DNA from: Anaeromyxobacteraceae bacterium
Lineage (GTDB): Bacteria; Myxococcota; Myxococcia; Myxococcales; Anaeromyxobacteraceae
Direction of reading: 5' to 3'
Length of the DNA stretch: 64,000 nucleotides
NCBI GenBank assembly: GCA_047602405.1
Contig: JASGHJ010000001.1
Span: forward strand, 1,760,001-1,824,000
The notes below the pieces were generated by a model. The model searched no databases, was not told the origin of the DNA, and worked only from the letters and a program-made list of their open reading frames with translations. The translations under genes and the position numbers were made by a program. Positions within the stretch are counted from its first letter, which is position 1, and each line of letters begins with the position of its first letter. Below are positions 58,201 to 64,000 of the stretch, in pieces.

Positions 58201-58932
58201 GCAGTCGTTGCAGGAGACGCCGGTCGAGCCGCCGTCGTAGTCGTTCCCGTGGCAGGTGCGGCAGGAGGCGAGGTCCTCCTTCGCGGCCGGGCCGTGCTGC
58301 ACGGGGTCCGACCAGCCCTGCGGGTGCGCGCGCTCGACGTCGATCTTGCCGTTCTGGTGCAGGCCGTTCGCGACGATGATCTTCCGGTTCGCGTCGACGG
58401 TGCCGGGGTGGCAGGTGTTGCACTGGGTGGAGCCCGGCGCGTGGTTCGGCGGCGGCGCGCCGTGGCAGTCGCCGCACTCGGCGGGCGCGCGGTCGAACCA
58501 GGCCGGGCTCGTGGCCGGGCCGCCGGAGAGCTTCGGGCCGTGGCACCAGACCGCGCAGGTGTGGGTGACGGGGTCGTACGCGGCCGTGACGCCATTCGCG
58601 CCGGCGATCGCGCCGAAGGTGAGCTCGACCTTCCCGTTCGTATGGAAGGTGGTGTCCGGCACCGCGTGGCACTCCGAGCAGGCGATGCGGCCGCGGAACT
58701 GCCCGCCGTGGAGGTGCGCGAGGTGCGCCCCGGCCTCGCCCACGCCGCCCGGCGTCTGGGGCGGCGCGGCCTTGTCCTTCTCGGCCGGCTCGTCGCGCGT
58801 CGCGTCGCCGTGGCAGGCGGTGCACTTCGTCCTGCCGACCTCGCCCTCGGCGATGGGCCGGGCGATGCCGTCACAGCCGGTGACGAGGGCGGCGAGGAGC
58901 GCCGCCGCGAGGGCGAGGGTGGTGAGCTTCAT
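55252..58932 (-). CDS. Giant multiheme c-type cytochrome lipoprotein (CxxxxCH/CxxCH repeat family), 1226 aa
   Basis: Lipobox LVTGC; by hand count 30 CxxCH + 4 Cx3CH + 3 Cx4CH; recurring GAHxxH motifs. Confidence 0.92.
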   Translation of the reverse strand: MKLTTLALAAALLAALVTGCDGIARPIAEGEVGRTKCTACHGDATRDEPAEKDKAAPPQTPGGVGEAGAHLAHLHGGQFRGRIACSECHAVPDTTFHTNGKVELTFGAIAGANGVTAAYDPVTHTCAVWCHGPKLSGGPATSPAWFDRAPAECGDCHGAPPPNHAPGSTQCNTCHPGTVDANRKIIVANGLHQNGKIDVERAHPQGWSDPVQHGPAAKEDLASCRTCHGNDYDGGSTGVSCNDCHGGSGWQTDCTFCHGTPSRTVAWKAAPPEGTRGELLASQRAVGAHEQHLAGGGVGPQVACGECHAAVTTLAHVDGTPQVAFGPAASSGGRTPSWNTGNLTCSNTACHLSAQPVWTGGTSQAICGTCHGTPPAGHATGACGTCHTGYTATTVNAALHMNGNVDTTGGHAAGWAAKEQHGYYANANGLASCKACHGATLTGANGVQGCNGCHAAVTSAWATDCFFCHGTAGGQISPPVDTQGRSARTNTSVGAHAKHAAPAMSPAIGCGVCHPSRGSVITDAGHMDGGGMAEVALTGLGAGTYTHVSATDGTCTTYCHGAFTGGKNATASWTSTAAMTCTSCHGAPPPVPHVQRTDCGTCHPGYTATSVNASTHVNGTVNTVTLACSTCHGKAGQAATAAAPLNAAPPVDAAGASTGVRVGAHQKHLTGGTFGAALACATCHATVAGYANGHANGTREVGFTGAPNANLAKGTYTPGAAGATASCSATWCHGNFTGGANATVTWTGGAMTCGSCHAIPPAGHSASSCDTCHTGYTATTVNLALHMDGKVDATGGHAAGWAAKEQHGYSANANGLSSCKTCHGTDLADCTTCHTANGHAGWRTECTFCHGTPGGRASPPVDTAGLSLRSNVSVGAHDKHATTTLTTTAIGCTACHAARGDVVTDAAHMDGGPAEVQLTGMSNGTYTRTSDTAATCATYCHGTFTGGNGGQVSWTSTTALGCTSCHGAPPPAPHLQRTDCGTCHTGYSSATVNAATHLNGIVDHVAMTCTTCHGKAGQSATAAAPLNAAPPVDTAGLSSSVRVGAHQKHLTGGSYANAFACTTCHQGVGSYTTSHPNATRDVGFGGAANANLRKGSFTAGNGTTAGSCASTWCHGAVINRSGGTSGGTLTAPTWNATVNACTACHAVTGASLPNNHTRSNHKVACSTCHGAGYTSTGSPPTGNGVALATHVDGVKTIVTTQSGTGIRSWNPTSRSCTPSCHGSETW

Positions 58933-59152
58933 TCGCGGCTCCGGGGGGAGAAGTCGTGCAAACCCCCGGAACCACAGCAAGCCGCGTGCCCCCGGATCGG
59001 GGTACATCGTCGATCCGCGGCCTTACGTCCCCCGACGCTGCGTGCGGGTCACGAAAGGGGGTCAATGCGGACGCAAGTCGCGCGCGCCACCTCCCCAGGG
59101 CGCAGGCTTTTCTGGGGGTGAACGTGGGCGCGCGGCCCACCTCCGCCTGCAC

Positions 59153-59974
59153 TCAGGCGAGACCGGTTCTCAGCACGCGGGCGAGGAGGTCGGGCCGATC
59201 GCTCACGAGGCCATCCACTCCCAGTGACAGGAGCGTCCGCATGTCGGCCTCGGTGTCGACGGTCCACACGTGCACGGGCATGCCGAGCCGGTGGAAGTGA
59301 TCGACGACGGGCTTCGTGACGACCTCCAGCTCTCCCATGCGGTGCGGCAAGGACGCGAGCTCGTAGTCGCGCGGGCAGCCCTCCGGCGGCTGGCCGGACA
59401 TCGCCGCCATGACGTGGCAGGTGGCGGCCTGCTCCGGGAGGTAGCGCGCCACCTCGGGGAGGAGCGCGCCGATCCGCTCCGCCTGCGCGTCGAAGAAGGA
59501 GCCCAGGCACACCCGCTCGACCGCGCCCGCCTGGCGGACGACCCGCACGAGCGCCTCGGCGAGCGCGGGGTCGGTGCTCTTCGCGTCGACGTTGAACCGC
59601 ATGGAGGGGTAGCGGGCGAGGACCTCCAGGAACGTCGGCGCCTGCACGCCGAGCCCGCGGAACGGGAAGGTGCGCCCGCCGTCGAGGGTGAAGCCGAAGG
59701 CGGCGTCGAGCGCCTCGACCTCGGCGAGCGTGCGCGCCTCGATGGTGCCGGGCTGGCCGGTCAGGCGGCCCGTCTCGTCGTCGTGGAACACGACCACGAC
59801 GCCGTCCCGGGTGAGGTGGACGTCGGTCTCGATCGCGTCCGCGCCGAGCTCGACCGCGCGGTCGAAGGCGACGAGCGTGTTCTCGGGCGCGAGCAGGCTC
59901 CCGCCCCGGTGGGCGACGAGCCAGGGGCCCGGCTTCGAGAAGTACGGCTTCTGGACGAACGGGGCGCGGGCCAT
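59153..59974 (-). CDS. Glycerophosphodiester phosphodiesterase
   Basis: AHRGG..APENT, ETDVHLTRDG..VFHD, NVDAK, HVWTVD, GVDGLVSDRP. Confidence 0.93.
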   Translation of the reverse strand: MARAPFVQKPYFSKPGPWLVAHRGGSLLAPENTLVAFDRAVELGADAIETDVHLTRDGVVVVFHDDETGRLTGQPGTIEARTLAEVEALDAAFGFTLDGGRTFPFRGLGVQAPTFLEVLARYPSMRFNVDAKSTDPALAEALVRVVRQAGAVERVCLGSFFDAQAERIGALLPEVARYLPEQAATCHVMAAMSGQPPEGCPRDYELASLPHRMGELEVVTKPVVDHFHRLGMPVHVWTVDTEADMRTLLSLGVDGLVSDRPDLLARVLRTGLA

Positions 59975-60014
59975 GCGGGAAAAGGTTACAACCCCCGGCG
60001 TGAACCGGCGACAG

Positions 60015-60860
60015 GTGAAGGCGAAGGACGTGCGGCGGGAGCTCCACCCGGGGACCTCGACCGGGCTCCTGAAGGAGCTGCACCTCCTCACGCGCACCGG
60101 CGACCTCAACGCCGACGCGCTCCGGAAGCTGAAGCAGGTGAACCACCTCGCGAACCTGCTCGCGCCCGCCATCGACGACGTGCTCGGCCGGTTCGGCGAG
60201 CCGATCATCGTCGACTGCGGCGCGGGCAAGAGCGCGCTCGGCTTCATCCTGTACGAGCTGTTCCTCGCGAACTCCGGGAAGGGAAAGCTCGTCGCCGTCG
60301 AGTCCCGCCCCGACCTCGCCCGCGGCGGCGCCGAGCGGGCGAAGAAGCTCGGCTTCGACCGGCTCGAGTACCTGGAGTCCCCGATCGCGGACGCCCCGGT
60401 GCCGGCGCGCGTGCACCTCGTGACCGCGCTCCACGCCTGCGACACCGCCACCGACGACGCGCTCGCGCTCGCGGTGCGCCACGGCGCCGACCACGTCGCG
60501 GTCGTGCCCTGCTGCCAGGCGGAGGTGGCCCGCCAGCTCGCCGACGCTGCGTCTCCGGCGCCCACGGTGGCCCCGCTCTTCGAGCACCCCTGGCACCGGC
60601 GCGAGTTCGGCTCGCACCTCACGAACGTGCTCCGCGCGCTCGCGCTCGAGGCCGCCGGCTACAAGGTGACCGTCACCGAGCTCGCCGGCTGGGAGCACTC
60701 CCTCAAGAACGAGCTCATCCTCGGGAAGAAGGTCCGGGCGTCGAACCCGGCGGCGAGGGCGAAGCTCGACGCGCTGCTGGAGGCGACCGGGGTGAAGCCT
60801 TCGGTGCTGAAGGTGTTCGAGCGCCCGCCCGAGCCGCCCGCCGGGGCAGCGGGCGGCTAG
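60015..60860 (+). CDS. SAM-dependent methyltransferase (Methyltransf_32-like)
   Basis: RKLKQVNH, VDCGAGKSALGF, ALHACDTATD, VPCCQ, EHSLKN; start could be GTG 60000. Confidence 0.85.
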   Translation: MKAKDVRRELHPGTSTGLLKELHLLTRTGDLNADALRKLKQVNHLANLLAPAIDDVLGRFGEPIIVDCGAGKSALGFILYELFLANSGKGKLVAVESRPDLARGGAERAKKLGFDRLEYLESPIADAPVPARVHLVTALHACDTATDDALALAVRHGADHVAVVPCCQAEVARQLADAASPAPTVAPLFEHPWHRREFGSHLTNVLRALALEAAGYKVTVTELAGWEHSLKNELILGKKVRASNPAARAKLDALLEATGVKPSVLKVFERPPEPPAGAAGG

Positions 60861-61015
60861 CGGCAGGGCCATGACCGGGGAAACCTCGTGCGCCTCGGGG
60901 ATCGAAGGCCAGCGCCTCCGCGGCGACCGCCCCATGAGTTACACCACTGGTGGAAGGGCTCACCCCGAAGCGTGGCCCCGAAATCCGTGAGTCGCGACGG
61001 CGCAGCGCGTGCGAA

Positions 61016-61603
61016 TCAATTCAGGAAGGCGAGGAGCGCAAGCCCGCGGTCGGCGGCCTCGCGGACGAAGGCGCGCGACCGGGTGAAGGCGTCGAGGAGG
61101 TACTCCCAGTTGGCCTCGGCCTCCTCGTCGCGCGTCCAGATGACGTCCGGGTAGATCTCCGCCGCGGCCAGGTCGGCCGGGACGTAGCGCGCCCGCAGTG
61201 CCATCTCCTCCGTGCCGTCGAGGAAGTCGGCGATCGCGCGGACCTCCGCCGGCGCGAACGCCCGCGCTGGTCCGTAGCCCACGTCCTCCTCGCCGAGCGG
61301 CGTCCCCCCGCTCACGAGAAAGTTGGCCGGGAACTCCCCCTCCCATGCGGTGCCGGTGAGGAGGTAGTGGAGCCCGTGCCAGGCCTTGTCGAGGTCGAGG
61401 TCGTCCGGCTCGCCCAGCACGGCGGGGGCCGGCGCCGGCGGGCGGGCCCTCGCGCCCAGGAGTCGCGCGAAGAGCCCTGGAGCCGCGGGCTCGGCGCCTG
61501 CCCGGACGTCGCCGTAGAGGAAGGCCGGCGTCTTCGAGGGGTCGGCCCGCAAGACCGAGAGCTGGGCCTCCGTGACGCGCGCCAGGTGGCCGATCATGCT
61601 CAT
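61016..61603 (-). CDS. YfbM / DUF1877 family protein
   Basis: MSMIG, LDLDKAWHGLHYLLTG, GYGPAR, IYP.IW. Confidence 0.88.
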   Translation of the reverse strand: MSMIGHLARVTEAQLSVLRADPSKTPAFLYGDVRAGAEPAAPGLFARLLGARARPPAPAPAVLGEPDDLDLDKAWHGLHYLLTGTAWEGEFPANFLVSGGTPLGEEDVGYGPARAFAPAEVRAIADFLDGTEEMALRARYVPADLAAAEIYPDVIWTRDEEAEANWEYLLDAFTRSRAFVREAADRGLALLAFLN

Positions 61604-61639
61604 GGTGATTGCACCCGCGGGGTCAGAAGAGCGGGCCCG

Positions 61640-63487
61640 CTACTTCAACAGCGCCCGCGACACGCCCGTCGTGATCGGCTCGAGGTAGGTGATGAGGAGC
61701 ACGCCGATCGACATGATGATCAGGAACGGGAACGCCTTCTTGTAGATCCAGGGCAGCGGCTTCCCGAACCGGGACGCCGACAGGAAGAGGTTCAGCCCCA
61801 TCGGCGGGAACAGGAACCCGAGCTCCAGGTTCGCGAGGAACACGACGCCGAGGTGCACCGGGTCGATCCCGTACGCCTCGCCGAGCGGCGCGACGAGCGG
61901 CGCGAGCACCACGATGGCCGAGTAGATCTCGAGCACGCTCCCGAGCACCAGCAGCACCACGTTGAGCACGAGCAGGAAGAGCGCCGGGCTGTGCACGTGC
62001 GCCTGCATCCACTCGACGAGCCGGACCGGCACCTCGGCGTCCACGAACCAGCTCGTCACGCCGAGTGCGCAGCCGAGCAGGATGAGCACCGAGCCCACCA
62101 GCGTCGCCGCGTGCACGAGCACGCGGGGGAGATCGCGCAAGGGGTGGATTGACCGGAAGATCGCGCACTCGACCACGATGGAGTACGCGGCGGCGAGCGC
62201 GGCGGCCTCCACGATGGTGGCGTACCCGGTGACGATCGCGACCATCACGAGGGTCGGCAGGCCGAGGTCCCACTTCGCCGCCCAGATCGCCCGCGCCGCC
62301 TCCTTGCCGTCGAACGCCTCGCGCGGCGCGTGGTGCTTGCGGCCCACCCAGATGCCGTAGGCGGCGACGAGCAGGATCATGAGGAGGCCCGGCACGAGCC
62401 CGCCCACGAAGAGGTGGTCGATCGGCGTCTGCGAGACGACGCCGTAGAGGATGACCGGCAAGGACGGCGGGAAGAGGAGCCCGAGCGAGCCCGCCGCGGT
62501 GACGAGGCCGACCGAGAAGTCCTCGGGGTACTTCTCGCGGAGGAGCGACGGCAGGAGCACGCCGCCGAGCGCGAGGATGGTGACGCCGGAGGCGCCGGTG
62601 AACGCGGTGAAGAGCGCGCACACGAAGGTCGCCATGATGGCGACGCCGCCCGGGAGCCAGCCGAAGATGCCCTTGTAGGCGCGGACGAGCCGCTCGGAGG
62701 CCTTGCCCTCGGCGAGCACGTAGCCCGCGACCGTGAGGAGCGGGATTGCGGGGAGGGTCGCGGAGGAGACGAGGTTGAAGGTCGCGACCGGCACCGCGGC
62801 GATCGCCTCGGGGCCGCCCTCGCGCAGGAAGAGCGCCATCGCGGTCGCGGCCATCGCGATGAACACCGGCGCGCCGAGGAGGAACGCCGCGAGCACCACC
62901 AAGAGGAGCACCGTGACGAGCCCGGGGGTGGGGTTCACCTTCCCGAGCAGGAACGACGCCGCGGTGAGGGCGAGCGCGACGGTGCGCCAGATCGCCGCCC
63001 GGTCGCCGTCGCCGGCTCGCCACGCGAAGCGCAGCGCCATGAAGCCGAAGCCCACCGGCATGACCAGCTGGCTCCAGGCGACCCGGATGCCGAAGGCGAC
63101 CTCGCCGAAGCCGTTCCACTCGGAGCGGACGAGCTTCCAGGAGGCGTAGGCGAGGAGCGCGCTCGTCGCGGCCGAGAGCGTGAGCCCGAAGGCGCGCGCC
63201 AGGCGGCGCGGGGGTCCCGCGGGGACGAGGTCGAGCGTGGAGAGCGCGAGGTGGTGGTTCGTGACGCTCGCGAGCAGCGCGCCGAGGAAGCCCACCCAGA
63301 GCGTGATGTGCTGCGCGAGCTGGGCCGCGCCGGGCAGCTCGCGGCCGATGAAGCGGCGCGAGAGGGTGGAGGCGGCCGGGAGGGCCACCATCGCCACGAG
63401 GAAGAAGGCCAGGAGGGCGCGCTCGAGGCGGGTGCCCTGATCGGACGGCTCGGCGGCGGAGGTGGGAGACGGTGTTGGGGAGGTCAC
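61640..63487 (-). CDS. TRAP transporter fused small+large permease (DctQ-DctM)
   Basis: LWVGFLGA..H; AIPLLTVAGY, FTGASGVTI, GSLGLLFPPS, GIDPVHLG, PPMGLNLF. Confidence 0.92.
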   Translation of the reverse strand: MTSPTPSPTSAAEPSDQGTRLERALLAFFLVAMVALPAASTLSRRFIGRELPGAAQLAQHITLWVGFLGALLASVTNHHLALSTLDLVPAGPPRRLARAFGLTLSAATSALLAYASWKLVRSEWNGFGEVAFGIRVAWSQLVMPVGFGFMALRFAWRAGDGDRAAIWRTVALALTAASFLLGKVNPTPGLVTVLLLVVLAAFLLGAPVFIAMAATAMALFLREGGPEAIAAVPVATFNLVSSATLPAIPLLTVAGYVLAEGKASERLVRAYKGIFGWLPGGVAIMATFVCALFTAFTGASGVTILALGGVLLPSLLREKYPEDFSVGLVTAAGSLGLLFPPSLPVILYGVVSQTPIDHLFVGGLVPGLLMILLVAAYGIWVGRKHHAPREAFDGKEAARAIWAAKWDLGLPTLVMVAIVTGYATIVEAAALAAAYSIVVECAIFRSIHPLRDLPRVLVHAATLVGSVLILLGCALGVTSWFVDAEVPVRLVEWMQAHVHSPALFLLVLNVVLLVLGSVLEIYSAIVVLAPLVAPLGEAYGIDPVHLGVVFLANLELGFLFPPMGLNLFLSASRFGKPLPWIYKKAFPFLIIMSIGVLLITYLEPITTGVSRALLK

Positions 63488-63568
63488 GAGAAAGGAGGTT
63501 GACCCCTCCTGAAGGGGCCTCTATCCATTCGTAACACGAAGCGCCCCCCCGCGCGCTTTCCCGCTCCC

Positions 63569-64000
63569 ATGCGCCCCGTACCGATTGTTCACCTCACGCT
63601 GGCCGTGCTCGCCCTCGCCGCCACCGCCTGCAGCGGCCCGGCCACCTCCATCGTCGCCTCGGCCGTCTCGGAGTCGAGCGAGGCCTACGCGCGGGAGGAC
63701 GACGTCGAGCTCGTCCGCCTCGCGGTCCCCTTCGGCCTCAAGACCATGGAGGGGCTCCTCGAGAAGCAGCCGCGTCACAAGAAGCTCCTCACGGCACTGA
63801 CGGCGAACTTCACCCAGTACACCTACGGCTTCGTCCAGGAGGTCGCGGACGAGGAGGACTGGGCCGGCCGCTACGACGTGGCGCGCACGCAGCGCGAGCG
63901 GGCGAAGAAGCTGCTGCTGCGCGCGCGCGACTACGGCCTGCGCGGGCTCGACGAGGCCCAGGACGACCTCGGCAAGCACCTGCGCGAGGGGAAGGACGTC
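63569..64000 (+). CDS. TRAP transporter TatT-like component lipoprotein (3' truncated)
   Basis: Read by hand: MRPVPIVHLTLAVLALAATAC..EDDVELVRLAVPFGLKTMEGLL..FTQYTYGFV..RARDYGLRGL; divergent from TRAP permease. Confidence 0.75.
   Translation, partial: MRPVPIVHLTLAVLALAATACSGPATSIVASAVSESSEAYAREDDVELVRLAVPFGLKTMEGLLEKQPRHKKLLTALTANFTQYTYGFVQEVADEEDWAGRYDVARTQRERAKKLLLRARDYGLRGLDEAQDDLGKHLREGKDV

Noticed and set aside
58970..59100. Possible cyclic-dinucleotide (GEMM-I) riboswitch upstream of the multiheme cytochrome (GGACGTAAGGCCGCGGATC..GCGGCTTGC)
   Set aside because: Only partial resemblance; I could not find the conserved GNRA-capped P2 or a 5' GGYAAA segment; needs an Infernal search before any claim
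55270..59121. Very long antisense/alternate-frame ORFs (55270..59121, 18827..22672, 19297..23151, 38269..41778, 38376..42401, 42462..45920 and others)
   Set aside because: Arg/Gly/Ala-rich shadows of real genes caused by stop-codon scarcity at high GC; no motifs, except that the last 149 aa of 38376..42401 are arsC
1..64000. CRISPR arrays, rRNA/tRNA genes, integrases, transposases, prophage genes
   Set aside because: No repeat-spacer arrays, cloverleafs or relevant protein motifs seen by eye

Overview
Very GC-rich bacterial chromosomal window. Gene content (MshEN protein, giant CxxxxCH/CxxCH multiheme cytochrome, TRAP/TatT, Sec-type thioredoxin) suggests an Anaeromyxobacter-like Myxococcota; this is inferred, not proven. 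About 55 CDS: exbB/exbD, hydrolases, a TonB receptor-YfiR-hybrid kinase module, two POT peptide transporters, a corrinoid protein/UroD-MtaA-like/DUF1638 operon, a full phoBR-porin-pstSCAB-phoU operon extended by acr3-arsC, a sulfonate-type ABC transporter, a FAD oxidoreductase-DUF1365-cfa operon, an ABC-F ATPase, a ~37-heme lipoprotein cytochrome and a TRAP system. No rRNA, tRNA, CRISPR or transposase was seen. Signals hidden from the ORF track: (1) an exported thioredoxin-like selenoprotein candidate (WAPW-UGA-PTC plus a SECIS-like hairpin); (2) a putative B12/methyl-sensing three-gene system; (3) two dispersed palindromic repeat families with covariation, one copy inserted in frame in a gene; (4) identical +1 frameshifts at CGATTCTGG in both POT genes; (5) an in-frame TAG in a lipoprotein gene; (6) 11-bp-periodic CarH/LitR-like and PHO-box-like operators; (7) a 24-aa small ORF with a strong RBS.
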